Of a DNA stretch of 49,810 nt, positions 37,730 through 47,649 are shown one piece after another. Position numbers and translations under genes: made by a program. The notes beneath the pieces were generated by a model. It was not told the origin of the DNA and ran no database searches. It was given only the letters and a program-made list of their open reading frames with translations. Where the stretch lies: positions 1 to 49,810 of the forward strand of contig DASRZI010000085.1 in NCBI GenBank assembly GCA_035686605.1. Direction: 5' to 3'. This DNA is from Candidatus Zixiibacteriota bacterium. Its GTDB lineage: Bacteria > Chloroflexota > Anaerolineae > Promineifilales > Promineifilaceae. Position 1 is the stretch's first letter, and the number at the start of each line of letters is the position of its first letter.

Positions 37730-39280
37730 TTAGGCTTCATCTCGCAGCTGCGACAATGTTACAAAATCCTCCTTCACATGTTCATAAATCTGTTTATAAA
37801 GAGAAAAGTACGCCATGTACTGCTCATGGTTTTCAGGATCGGGTTCCATGCGGTCGATATACTCAACCCACTCCTTGGCCACAGAATAATCCTTCAGCAC
37901 GCCGACCACTACACCAGCTAAGATGGCATCACCGAAGGGGGCTCCGGTTCTCCGCTTAACCAGAACCGTAGGCGCGTCGAACACGTCAGTGATGATTTGA
38001 CGCCAAAGTTTACTTACCGCACCGCCCTCGTTTAATACAATTGGGTAGTTAATCCTTATCCCGGCTTGCTTGATCAAACGGTAGGAATCATAAAGAGCAA
38101 AAGCGACACCTTCCATCATAGACCGGACTATGTGTCCCTTGGTGTGGGAAAGTGACAGGCCAAAGATTACTGCCCTGGCCCTCGTGTCCCAGATCGGGGT
38201 ACGCTCGCCCATTAAGAACGGCAGAGTGATCAGCCCGTCGCTCCCGGCCGGGACTTTGGCAGCCTGGAGATTTAGTAAATCGTACGAACTTACTCCCAGC
38301 GCGCGTTCCATCTCTAGCTCGAGATGTGAAAAGTTATCGCGAATGTAGCGCAGCGATTGCCCACCGGTTATGGTTGATGGAATCGTCATAAAATTCTTTT
38401 TAGAATCAATGCTAAAGGCTAGGTTGATCATCAACAGGCCTGCAGGAGAGAACATGAAGTCCGGATCGGTAAAGATCACCCCAAAGTTGCCCACAGTGCC
38501 GAGGTTGCTCATGATGTCACCAGGCTCTATGACGCCAGCGGCAATGCAACTGGCATTAAAGTCCACCTGAGTAACCACCGGAATACCCGGTACCAGGCCG
38601 GTTTCTTCTGCAGCCTCGGCTGTGACTTCGCCGGCAATCTCCTCGCAATCGACCAGGTCGGGGAAGATAGCCGGATCGATACCTATCTCCTCCAAGATTG
38701 TGGAATCAAAAGTTCGATCCAGGATGCGGTAGACACCATAAAAAGGAGCGCCAGGGTAGTTTACGACCGTCTGCTCTGTAAGTTTTAGAGTGACAAATCC
38801 GTCAATCGTTAGCGCCTTGTGAATCTTCTTGAATGAATCGGGCCTGTTGTTCCTTTCCCAAAGCAGGTTGACAATCGCTGGATGATCCTCAAGTCGATTC
38901 GCCGTGAACTGCATTAATCTCTCTTCCCCAACCACCACCTTGAGCCATTCAACTTCTGCCTTTGCCCGCCGGTCCATCAAATTATAGGCTCGATGGATGG
39001 GCTGGTTGTCTTTATCGATCATAACCATAGAAGGCAATGCAGATGAAACCCCCATGCCTCGGATCTCGACCGGATCTACGCGCGATTGGGCGAGGCATTG
39101 TTTAATCAATCGGCAAGCGGCTTCCCAATAGCCCATGGCATCATGTTCCGACCAGCCTGGCTTGTCGTGGAATATGGGATATTCCTCAAAGGCATAGCCC
39201 AGGACCTCCCCTTCAGAGTTGATGATGCAGGCCTTGGCCCCACCTGTTCCATAATCAAGACCTAATAAGAAATCAGCCAT
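37730..39280 (-). CDS. FGGY-family carbohydrate kinase (second copy)
   Basis: N-terminal [17 protein letters not shown], a C-terminal FGGY-like region ([15 protein letters not shown]), 516 aa. Confidence 0.9.
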   Translation of the reverse strand: MADFLLGLDYGTGGAKACIINSEGEVLGYAFEEYPIFHDKPGWSEHDAMGYWEAACRLIKQCLAQSRVDPVEIRGMGVSSALPSMVMIDKDNQPIHRAYNLMDRRAKAEVEWLKVVVGEERLMQFTANRLEDHPAIVNLLWERNNRPDSFKKIHKALTIDGFVTLKLTEQTVVNYPGAPFYGVYRILDRTFDSTILEEIGIDPAIFPDLVDCEEIAGEVTAEAAEETGLVPGIPVVTQVDFNASCIAAGVIEPGDIMSNLGTVGNFGVIFTDPDFMFSPAGLLMINLAFSIDSKKNFMTIPSTITGGQSLRYIRDNFSHLELEMERALGVSSYDLLNLQAAKVPAGSDGLITLPFLMGERTPIWDTRARAVIFGLSLSHTKGHIVRSMMEGVAFALYDSYRLIKQAGIRINYPIVLNEGGAVSKLWRQIITDVFDAPTVLVKRRTGAPFGDAILAGVVVGVLKDYSVAKEWVEYIDRMEPDPENHEQYMAYFSLYKQIYEHVKEDFVTLSQLRDEA

Positions 39281-39413
39281 TTGGTTTTTCCTTGCCTGTT
39301 TATCCTTGTATCGATGACTGTGGGATTACAGTTCCCTGCAGTCATCTTGATTCACTTATAAGACCATAGAGGCCAGGACCGGACCGATGTTGATCCATTG
39401 CTTGAGTACCGAA

Positions 39414-40028
39414 TTAGTTCGTGCCAGTCGCAATTTTCTTGCCGACTGCGCCACCAGGATGCGTTTGTCCAAAAGCCTCCCTGGTATAGCCACGTAGTTC
39501 AAGCAGGAGAACACAGAGAACATCACTGGCCGCCCCATTGACCAGGGAGCTGCCGGTGGCCACCATTCCGTAAGGGTCAATTTCTCCAACAGCTTGTACC
39601 TTGAACACCGAATCGCACATATTGGCCAGAGTCGATTCAGGATTTTCAGTCTGGGCGATGAGCTTGGCTCCCCGGGCACGGGCGATTTCGGCAAACTGAT
39701 TTATCTCTGTGCTCTCCCCTCCTTTGGATATGAGATACACGACGTCTTCGGCTGTTACGGCTCCAGAGGTACCATGAAGTCCGTCTGATGCGTTGATATA
39801 GAGGGCTGGCGTGCCGCTACACGACAGCAGATGGGCCATGCGCTGGGCGATGGCCCTCGAGGTGCCCGCCCCGGTCACCAAAACATGCCCCTGGCACTTG
39901 AGGAGAAGAGAGATAACATCCGCCAAGTTCTCGTTTAGCTGTCCTGCCAGGGCGCCAACAGCTTCGGCTTCGGTCCGAACAACCTCCCGAGCCCTGACGA
40001 CAATTTCCGCCCTTGATGTTTCCATCAC
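39414..40028 (-). CDS. SIS-domain sugar-phosphate isomerase-like protein (PHI/KpsF-like, single domain)
   Basis: GHVLVTGAGTSRAIAQRMAHLLSCSGTPA is a typical SIS phosphosugar-binding motif. About 200 aa. Confidence 0.85.
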   Translation of the reverse strand: MMETSRAEIVVRAREVVRTEAEAVGALAGQLNENLADVISLLLKCQGHVLVTGAGTSRAIAQRMAHLLSCSGTPALYINASDGLHGTSGAVTAEDVVYLISKGGESTEINQFAEIARARGAKLIAQTENPESTLANMCDSVFKVQAVGEIDPYGMVATGSSLVNGAASDVLCVLLLELRGYTREAFGQTHPGGAVGKKIATGTN

Positions 40029-40037
40029 GCTCGTGTC

Positions 40038-40994
40038 CTACTTGTCTTCAGCCAGGAGCGCCTCGGCCGTCGACAAATCGGTGACTAGCACATTCAATAT
40101 TTCGCCGAGCAATGCTGCCCGGACAATCTCGTGCTTATTAATGCCGCCGGCAATACCTATCACCAGCGAAATATTGCGAATTTGATCAAGCGCCAACCCA
40201 ATGATTCGCTCGTTGATTTCCAGATCAATGCTGTTTCCAGTTTTATCCAAATACCGGAGCGCGATATCGCCAACAGCGCCCAGAGATTGAAGGTGATCAA
40301 GATCTTCCTTGCTAAGAATTAAGCCCGATCGCACCACCATCGAATGCGGGTTGGGAACACCAAGACCTACCACTGCCACATCTGCCTGGGCAGCAAGCTG
40401 GAGGACAGCTGCAATCTGAGGATCGGCCCTAAGGAAATCTGCCATCTCGCGGTTTGGGACAACGCCTGGCGCTGGCAACATACGCACCTTGGCCCCTAGC
40501 TTGGAGCCAAGATGTTGGATTAGCTCCGAGGAATGCTCCGGCGTATTAGAGGGACCCAGACCGCCTAGCATTTGAACCACGGTAACACCGGGCCAGGATT
40601 TGTTGGATAGGGCATCCGATAGAGCCAGGATCGAGGTTCCCCAAGCTGTGGCAATCACCTCGTCTCCTGAAATGCAGCGACTCAAGTATTCGGCGGCCGC
40701 AGGCCCCAGTTCTCGTACTACCGTGGGATGGCTCTCGGGATCGCTGACAGGTACGACAACCGCCTCGATAAGACCATATTTGTGTTCCAGTTGTCGCTCA
40801 ATGTCGGCCATACCGTCGAGTGGGGGAACGAGGGTTATATTGATAACGCCCAGGTCTCGTCCTTGTTGCAGGATTCGGGAAACTTTTGGCCTGGAGAGGC
40901 CTGCACGATCGGCGATTTGCTGCTGAGTCATACCGTCAACATAGTACTGTGTGGCAATTCGGTATAGCAACCGGTGTTGCTCGCTGCTTAACAT
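40038..40994 (-). CDS. SorC/DeoR-type sugar-binding transcriptional regulator
   Basis: N-terminal HTH MTQQQIADRAGLSRPKVSRILQQGRDLGVINITL plus a SorC sugar-binding domain. ATG at 40994 (MLSSEQ); the tracked ORF opens at 41093. Confidence 0.88.
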   Translation of the reverse strand: MLSSEQHRLLYRIATQYYVDGMTQQQIADRAGLSRPKVSRILQQGRDLGVINITLVPPLDGMADIERQLEHKYGLIEAVVVPVSDPESHPTVVRELGPAAAEYLSRCISGDEVIATAWGTSILALSDALSNKSWPGVTVVQMLGGLGPSNTPEHSSELIQHLGSKLGAKVRMLPAPGVVPNREMADFLRADPQIAAVLQLAAQADVAVVGLGVPNPHSMVVRSGLILSKEDLDHLQSLGAVGDIALRYLDKTGNSIDLEINERIIGLALDQIRNISLVIGIAGGINKHEIVRAALLGEILNVLVTDLSTAEALLAEDK

Positions 40995-41653
40995 ATCATT
41001 ACCCACCTGGCTGAACGTATGTTCTTGACCGAACAATTGCCCATTAGTAACTTTTATCACAAAGAAATTTGCACAACAAGTGTCGAATGTCATGTCAAAT
41101 TTATGACAACCGTCAGATCGGGCAACTACACCGGGTAGTTGAGATTGTTCCGAGCCCAGGCATACAGGGGGTCGAAGACACTTGCAGGTCCATTCGCCGG
41201 CGAAACACCGCTCATGTCACACGGTTACCAGAATTGACGCCATCTACTCGGTCAGCTTACTCTTCGACCTAATCAGGTGTATTCTTCTATTGTTGCATGC
41301 TCCCTGGTCAGAATTCACCGTTAGCTATTGACTCGAGTTTGACCGGTCTCGCGGTGCCGCTACCCTGGCAGATCTGACCGGGATGAGAAGGGATGTCCGA
41401 CCAGAAAGGCTCAAACTTTTTCGGCTAGAGAGCGCACCCACGCGAATTCAGCAATCTCACTAATTGGATTGTAGCGTCACAGCAGTATAAGATATGTTCC
41501 GAATTCAGGGACTATCGAATGGAGATCAAACAAAGAACTAGCCGGATGTTACCAGGACCAGGGGTTACGCAACGAAACGCCAGCGAAGAATCCGCCAGGC
41601 CATCGTGCGTTTTTCATTTTAGCGCGAATTAAGTTTTATTCAGGAGAAACTAA

Positions 41654-42613
41654 ATGGATATTCCAAAAGAGAAGCTTGAATTTATGTATGATCGCATGGT
41701 GCGTATCCGGTTGTTTGAGAATCGAGTTAAAGATCTCTTTGCGGCTGGGGAAATGCCAGGTTTTGTTCATCTTTATTTAGGACAAGAAGCTGTTGCCGCC
41801 GGCGCCTGTGCCTCACTCAACGATGATGATTACATCACCTCAACTCACCGTGGACACGGTCATATTTTGGCGAAAGGTGGTGAATTTAAGTACATGATGG
41901 CCGAGTTATATGGCAAGATCACAGGCTATAACAAGGGTAAGGGTGGATCTATGCATATCGCCTGGCCTGAACTGGGTATTCTTGGAGCAAACGGCATATT
42001 GGCTGCTGGTATTCCTATTGCAGCCGGCGCAGCGTTATCGGCCAAATATCGAAGATCTGGTCAGGTAACAGCTTGTTTCTTTGGGGATGGCGCTATAAAT
42101 GAAGGGGGAGCTCACGAGACAATGAACATCGCCGCCGCTTTTAGCCTGCCAATTGTCTTCATATGCGAGAATAACCTGTATGCGGTAGGCACCTACCAAC
42201 CTGATGTTCGAAATATCGAAGACATTGCCGATCGGGCACCTGCTTATGGCCTGCCTGGGGCTGTTGTAGACGGCAATGATGTGTACGCCGTATACCTGGC
42301 AGTAAACGCCGCCGTTGACCGGGCTCGCTGTGGCGATGGGCCAACATTGATTGAATGTAAAACCTACCGCTGGCATCCCCATTTTGAGGGTGAAGCGGAT
42401 ACATATCGCCCACTAGCAGAGGTAAATGAATGGCGGAAACGAGAGCCAATCGCACCATATCGCAAAGCTTTAATAGCTCAAGGTGCATTCAGTGAAGAAG
42501 AGCTTGCCATTATTGATGATTCCATAGGGCGTGAGCTTGACGAGGCTGTTGAATTTGCCCGTAGCAGTCCATTCCCAGAACAGGAAAGTGCTCTTTCAGA
42601 CTTATGGGCCTAG
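41654..42613 (+). CDS. TPP-dependent E1 alpha subunit (acetoin/pyruvate dehydrogenase type)
   Basis: TPP motif FFGDGAINEGGAHETMNIAAAFSLPIVFICENNLYA. Also YRWHPHFEGE. Confidence 0.92.
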   Translation: MDIPKEKLEFMYDRMVRIRLFENRVKDLFAAGEMPGFVHLYLGQEAVAAGACASLNDDDYITSTHRGHGHILAKGGEFKYMMAELYGKITGYNKGKGGSMHIAWPELGILGANGILAAGIPIAAGAALSAKYRRSGQVTACFFGDGAINEGGAHETMNIAAAFSLPIVFICENNLYAVGTYQPDVRNIEDIADRAPAYGLPGAVVDGNDVYAVYLAVNAAVDRARCGDGPTLIECKTYRWHPHFEGEADTYRPLAEVNEWRKREPIAPYRKALIAQGAFSEEELAIIDDSIGRELDEAVEFARSSPFPEQESALSDLWA

Positions 42614-42632
42614 CCGGAAACAGGAGACAATA

Positions 42633-43625
42633 ATGACCAGAGAGATTTTCTACAATCGTGCGTTAAATGAAGCCATGGCCGAAGAGATGCGCCGTGATCC
42701 AAATGTTGTTCTTTGGGGGATTGACATTGGACCCTACGGCGGTGCAAATGGTGTAACTCGGGGACTACAGGAAGAATTTGGTGTGGAGCGGGTGATCGAC
42801 ATGCCGGTCTCTGAACTCGCCTTTGTGGGCATGGGTGTTGGGGCCGCGGCTACCGGTCTTCGACCTGTGATTGAACTCCAATTTTCAGACTGGATAACCC
42901 TGGCATCGGAGATGATTATTAACCAGGCAGCCAAGATGCGTTATATGTTTGGCGGTATTTTGGAAATGCCATTAGTAATTCGAGCACCTGTTGGTGGCTA
43001 CTTGTCCGCGGGAGCGCAGCACTCGAACAGCTTCGAGTCACTTTTTTCATTTGTGCCTGGCATAAAAGTCATCATGCCTGCTACGCCGTATGATGCAAAA
43101 GGACTACTGAAAAGTGCCATCAGGGATAACAACACAGTGATCTTCTTTGAACACAAAAAACTGTATGGAATGAAGGCCCACGTCCCAGATGAAGAATACC
43201 TCATCCCAATTGGCGAAGCCGAGGTGAAGCGTAAAGGCAATGATGTTACTATTGTTACCTATTCCTATATGGTCCATTTCTGTTTAGCGGCCGCCGAAAA
43301 ACTCGCCGCCGAAGGAATCGATATTGAAGTTATTGATCTTCGAACAGTTGATCCACTGGATAGAGACACTATTACCGAGTCAGTAAAGAAGAGTAGCCGG
43401 CTGGTTATCGTGCAAGAAACATGGTCAGATTGCAGCATCAGCTCAGAAATAGCCGCCCTGGCTGTTAGTTCTGAGTTATTCTTTTACCTGGATGCTCCTG
43501 TAGAACGGGTGACAGCGAAAGATGTTCCTATCCCCTTTAGCCCGCCCTTGGAGGAATTTGTATTACCGAGCGAGCAAAGCATCATTGACGCAGTTAATCG
43601 CACGCTTGACCGTGAACTTGCTTAG
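42633..43625 (+). CDS. E1 beta subunit
   Basis: MTREIFYNRALNEAMAEEM..., FSDWITLASEMIINQAAK, IFFEHKKLY. AGGAG lies 6 nt upstream of the ATG at 42633. The tracked start at 42531 overlaps the E1 alpha gene. Confidence 0.92.
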   Translation: MTREIFYNRALNEAMAEEMRRDPNVVLWGIDIGPYGGANGVTRGLQEEFGVERVIDMPVSELAFVGMGVGAAATGLRPVIELQFSDWITLASEMIINQAAKMRYMFGGILEMPLVIRAPVGGYLSAGAQHSNSFESLFSFVPGIKVIMPATPYDAKGLLKSAIRDNNTVIFFEHKKLYGMKAHVPDEEYLIPIGEAEVKRKGNDVTIVTYSYMVHFCLAAAEKLAAEGIDIEVIDLRTVDPLDRDTITESVKKSSRLVIVQETWSDCSISSEIAALAVSSELFFYLDAPVERVTAKDVPIPFSPPLEEFVLPSEQSIIDAVNRTLDRELA

Positions 43626-43633
43626 CGAGATAG

Positions 43634-44669
43634 CTTTGTGAACAAAAAGAGGGTTTAGAGGCCGTTGTCGGGCTCATACCCAACCCTGCTTCTGGCAAGG
43701 ATATTCGGCGCGTCGTGACCCATGCTCTCGTAATGGGTAACCGGGTAAAGGTCAAGCTGGTATTCTGTTTGTTAATCGGAATGCAGGCTGCAGGAGTTGA
43801 AATGGTGCAGATCATGCCAGATCGGTTTGGAATCGGTCAGAAGGCAATTGACGGGCTGCTGCGCAACAATCGCGAGATAGTGACCGAGGCAACAATTATT
43901 GATATGCCAGATTCCGGGACAGGGCGAGATACAGTCCTGGCTGCGAAGTTGCTAAGCGACAACAGTGCCAACTGCATCGTAACTCTCGATGGCGATGGAA
44001 CTGTACGGTTAACCGGCAACAACTGTGGCGAAATACCTGTCTTGCCGATATCTACGGGTACAAATAATGTAATGCCCCGGTTTGCCGATAGTACCGTCGC
44101 CGGCCTGTGTGTGGGCTATTTCGTTCAACAGGAAGAGAAAGATCGCCGCAGGTTGTTGTTATCGGGCGAAGAGACTTGACAATGAAGTCGATGGACAAAT
44201 GATCGATAGCGCGCTGGTTGATATGGCTGCAACTCAAGGCAGTGTTGTTGGTTCGAAGGCTGTCTGGGAACCAGATAACATTTGTCAATTATTTGTGACC
44301 CAGGCGTCACCAACCAATATTGGTCTCTCTGCCGTTGCAGGCATGCTCTGCTCCATCACGGTTCATGATTCATTCGGAGCTGCCCTCGAGCTATACCCAA
44401 AAGAGCCATATCAATTGGTGAAAGCAGCAATAGGGCCAGAGCTTGTATCAAACATCCCATTTGAAGATATCACATATCTAGATCCAGGCGTACGATGTCC
44501 CATCGCTGAGATCCGGCCCCTGGTTTTGAATTTAGAAGGCGAGCGCGAAACTGTACTTCATACCGAAGATAACGCCGCTGTGTATTTGAATGAATATGGT
44601 CCCTTGATTGTTAACGTCGAGCAGGTGATGGAACAGGCAGTTAGTAACGGATTTTTCATAAGGAAATAA
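43634..44669 (+). pseudogene. acoX-like (NAD kinase/diacylglycerol kinase-fold) gene with at least one internal frameshift and no in-frame start for its conserved N-terminus
   Basis: The GLIPNPASGKDIRR motif is encoded at 43670-43711 in frame with the 43715 ORF. No ATG/GTG/TTG lies between the stop at 43631 and 43715. TLDGDGTV...ISTGTNNV is the kinase-fold motif. The frame switches between 44082 and 44179 and continues as RAKRLDNEVDGQMIDSALVD... Confidence 0.6.
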
Positions 44670-44672
44670 TCT

Positions 44673-46010
44673 ATGCCAACAAATGTTGTGATGCCCAAGC
44701 TGGGGCTCAATATGATCGAGGGGTTGGTCGTCGAATGGCTCAAGCAGGTAGGTGATTTTGTAAAACAGGGTGACCTGCTCTTTGTTGTCGAGACAGATAA
44801 GATCACAACTGAATCCGAGGCACAGGTGGAGGGGGTTCTGGCGAAAATACTTGTATCAGCGGGAGAGGTAGTACCTGTTTCCACACCGGTGGCAATAATA
44901 TTGGCAAAAGATGAAGCTCTGGCTGGTGATGAAGCGCAAGTGCCATCTGATGTGACTCAGTCTCCGGCATCCCAGAAAAAGAAACATGCTATCAGACCGA
45001 CTCAAGCTAGCCCAACGGGCAAGGTTCTTGCTTCACCGGCCGCCAAACGACTTGCGAAGGAGTACGGACTCGAGCTTTCCACAATCCCAGGGAGTGGTCG
45101 GTTTGATAGCATCAAGCAAATGGATGTTGAGGGATTCTTGGAAGCTCACAAGCATGAACATTCTACAAAACCCCTGGCCTCTCCGCTGGCCAAGCGGGTT
45201 GCCAAGGAGTTTGGCGTTGACTTGATGGCAATTGTGGGAACTGGGAAAAATGGTCAGATAACCCGAGATGATGTCGAACGTGCCGCGACAGAACAAGAGC
45301 AACCAGCAACGCCCTTTAGGGTAACCCAGAGGATTCCCATCTCAGGGGTCAGAGCCACGATAGCCGAACGTATGTTATTGAGCATGCAGCAGTCGGCTCA
45401 GATTACCTTGCACACTGAAGTAGATGCAACATACCTGGTAAGGCTGCGCCATGCTTTCCAGGAAGTGGCTTTTTCGGCCGGTATCGATGTACCCAGCTAC
45501 AATGCCTTGCTGATTGAAATAGTTGCCCAAGCGTTAAGTGACCACCCACATATTAACGCCCGGCAAGAGGGTGATACCATTCTGGAATTGGAGGAGGTCA
45601 ATGTTGGCCTGGCAGTAGACACTATGCGTGGTCTACTGGTAGTGGTTATCAAAAATGCCGACCAAAAAAGTGCCTTGGCCATTGAATCAGAACTGACCAC
45701 TCTTGCCGAGCGTGCCCGGTTGGGAACTGCGACCTTGGACGATTTGACGGGCAGCACATTCACCTTAACCAATCTGGGGATGTTTGGTGTTGACGGCTTC
45801 ACTCCCATCATCAATCCGCCCGAAGTGGGTATCTTGGGCGTCGGTCGAATTGTTGAGAAACCAGTTATGGTTGGCGGTCAGGTCCAAGGACGACCAAGGA
45901 TGAGCCTTAGCCTGACATTTGATCATAGAGTGATTGATGGCGCCCCGGCAGCCAAATTCTTGCAGCATATCACCCAACTGATAGAGTCGAATGGCACGAG
46001 TTACTCCTAA
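44673..46010 (+). CDS. Dihydrolipoamide acyltransferase (E2) with one lipoyl domain and two subunit-binding-like segments
   Basis: VETDKITTESEA lipoyl motif. ASPAAKRLAKEYGLEL and ASPLAKRVAKEFGVDLMAIVGTGKNGQITRDDVE. Catalytic motif FDHRVIDGAPAAKF. Confidence 0.92.
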   Translation: MPTNVVMPKLGLNMIEGLVVEWLKQVGDFVKQGDLLFVVETDKITTESEAQVEGVLAKILVSAGEVVPVSTPVAIILAKDEALAGDEAQVPSDVTQSPASQKKKHAIRPTQASPTGKVLASPAAKRLAKEYGLELSTIPGSGRFDSIKQMDVEGFLEAHKHEHSTKPLASPLAKRVAKEFGVDLMAIVGTGKNGQITRDDVERAATEQEQPATPFRVTQRIPISGVRATIAERMLLSMQQSAQITLHTEVDATYLVRLRHAFQEVAFSAGIDVPSYNALLIEIVAQALSDHPHINARQEGDTILELEEVNVGLAVDTMRGLLVVVIKNADQKSALAIESELTTLAERARLGTATLDDLTGSTFTLTNLGMFGVDGFTPIINPPEVGILGVGRIVEKPVMVGGQVQGRPRMSLSLTFDHRVIDGAPAAKFLQHITQLIESNGTSYS

Positions 46011-46094
46011 TCCTCGCCCCAAAGATGTCTCAGAGGTTCTAAATGGGAGCGGATAAAGCACTCTAAAAGCATATTTCACTTGATCTAATCCCAA

Positions 46095-46103
46095 TGATAT
46101 AAT
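46095..46103 (+). promoter_or_regulatory. Extended -10 promoter element (TGATATAAT) upstream of tatA
   Basis: A perfect TATAAT at 46098-46103 with TG at 46095-46096, 65 nt upstream of the tatA ATG. No good -35 box. Confidence 0.35.
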
Positions 46104-46167
46104 GCAACCTCAGAATGAACTTACAGGTTGGGGTTGACCTTTCAGCCCGATAAATGGAGAAAGTATC

Positions 46168-46344
46168 ATGCCAAGTCTAGGTGGATGGGAATGGGTCATC
46201 ATTCTGGTAATCGTATTACTAATATTCGGCGTCGGACGTATCGGTAAACTTGGTGAAGAACTGGGCAAAGGAATCAGCGCGTTTCGCCAAGGTGTCAAGG
46301 ATAGCGATGAGAAAGAAATAAGCACAGAGGAGAAAAACGTTTAA
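46168..46344 (+). CDS. tatA: Twin-arginine translocase subunit TatA/E (58 aa; below the ORF-track cutoff)
   Basis: My translation is MPSLGGWEWVIILVIVLLIFGVGRIGKLGEELGKGISAFRQGVKDSDEKEISTEEKNV. It shows a TM helix, an FG hinge and an amphipathic helix. GGAGA SD. Confidence 0.85.
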   Translation: MPSLGGWEWVIILVIVLLIFGVGRIGKLGEELGKGISAFRQGVKDSDEKEISTEEKNV

Positions 46345-46432
46345 TAGAGCTAGTTGCCGAATCGTTTCCCCCAATAGCCAATTGCCACCTGGGAAATGCG
46401 CAGGCGTTGATGCTACAGTTACTTGTGAATGA

Positions 46433-46984
46433 TTAATCCTGGGTAGACCAAGAGCTGTTCAGACCCCGATCAGTATGCTCTGGAACCTCAATGGCTTTTG
46501 GTAACGATGGTACCGGGGTAGCGGTCGGATCTGGCAACGAGGTGGCGACTTGTTTTGGTGCCGAGGTGACGGAAGGTTCTGCATCAGAGGTAGGGGGAGA
46601 CTCTAGTGTCGGGATAGAAGAATCAAGTGAGGTATCGGCAACTGTGGTAGATGTTTTTCCCAAAGACTCTTGGGTCTCATCTACAAGGTCCTGTCCATGA
46701 CTACGAAGAGAATTTGGAACGTTGCCCAACTCCCGACGCAGTTCTTGAACCTCGCGCCGCAAATCGCGAAAGTCATTGTAGCTATTGCGAACCGTGTCAT
46801 CCTCCAGTGAATCCAATTCGGCATTCAGCTGAAGTGCAAACTGGCGAGCCACCCTCTGTAACTGAGCTGTCGTCCTCCCTAATGTACGGGCTACTTGCCT
46901 GATTCTATTCGGCCCCATCACCAGGCCAGATAATAGCAAGATGAAGATCAATTCAGGGAGGCCAATTCCAAAAAAACTATCCAT
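46433..46984 (-). CDS. TatB-like Sec-independent translocase subunit with a long acidic, Ser/Thr/Pro-rich tail
   Basis: N-terminus MDSFFGIGLPELIFILLLSGLVMGPNRIRQVARTLGR has the TatA/TatB family pattern. Confidence 0.8.
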   Translation of the reverse strand: MDSFFGIGLPELIFILLLSGLVMGPNRIRQVARTLGRTTAQLQRVARQFALQLNAELDSLEDDTVRNSYNDFRDLRREVQELRRELGNVPNSLRSHGQDLVDETQESLGKTSTTVADTSLDSSIPTLESPPTSDAEPSVTSAPKQVATSLPDPTATPVPSLPKAIEVPEHTDRGLNSSWSTQD

Positions 46985-47003
46985 CTTCGACTACTCTAGC
47001 TGA

Positions 47004-47620
47004 CTATAATGTAGCTTGCAGTTTGCGATTTGACATGGGAATTTGGTCGATAAGATGTCCTACGACACCATTTTCAACAAAATGCACTTCATCAGAGTTG
47101 TAAATCTTTGCTAGTTCAACCAATCAATGGCTAAATGAATTGGTGTTTCCTTGTCAACCTGGCAGTCAATAACCGCTATCCGTATTTCATCAGGATAAGT
47201 GACTGCCTTTGTTCCGAAAATCATTCGGGAGCATCTCGAGTAATCAGTTATTCCCTGCATTTCTGAAATTCCGGAACGTCATACATTAGCTTATTGGCGA
47301 GTTCTATACCAGTACTTTACATGAATTGGTCTTTTTTCCGTCGATGGATCACACTGTAAGGTGGAAGACTGGAAACACCAATCTTATTGAGAGACCCAAG
47401 AATTACTCGCCCAGCGCGCTGTCTGGTTTTCATGCCTGACAATTGTATTGCCATTCCACTATAGCCGCGAATTAATCCATCTTTGGCTGGCGTTCAATTG
47501 AGCCACTCAAATAAGCAAACGGGCTTTGCCTAAGAATACGTAGGCGAGTTTCAAAAAACAGATCCTTTTGGCCATAGTAATTATCTGAGACCACGCTCAG
47601 ATAGCACCATCATGATGTCA
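47004..47620 (-). pseudogene. Probable decayed gene remnant (abutting short open stretches in different frames)
   Basis: My minus-strand translations include ..IFGTKAVTYPDEIRIAVIDCQVDKETPIHLAIDWLN* (47221-47111) and LVELAKIYNSDEVHFVENGVVGHLIDQIPMSNRKLQATL* (ending 47004). They overlap by a few codons in different frames. Further upstream are MKTRQRAGRVILGSLNKIGVSSLPPYSVIHRRKKDQFM* and YGQKDLFFETRLRILRQSPFAYLSGSIERQPKMD*. The track lists no ORF of 60 aa or more between 46985 and 48001. Confidence 0.4.
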
Positions 47621-47649
47621 GTTTATTACTTATGAGAATAACCATTCTC
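47621..47649 (+). repeat. Direct repeat copy 1: TTATTACTTATGAGAATA plus the palindrome GAGAAT-N4-ATTCTC
   Basis: The 18 nt at 47623-47640 are identical to 49522-49539. Palindrome gagaataaccattctc. Confidence 0.8.

Noticed and set aside
39356-39694. 112-aa ORF overlapping the SIS gene, and similar nested ORFs throughout 14.6-41.1 kb and the aco region
   Set aside because: They lie in alternative frames of genes with clear family motifs, and I saw no independent signals.
42531-42632. Upstream start for the E1 beta gene as listed in the ORF track
   Set aside because: It overlaps the 3' end of the E1 alpha gene in another frame. The ATG at 42633 has an AGGAG SD and gives the canonical MTREI... 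E1 beta N-terminus.
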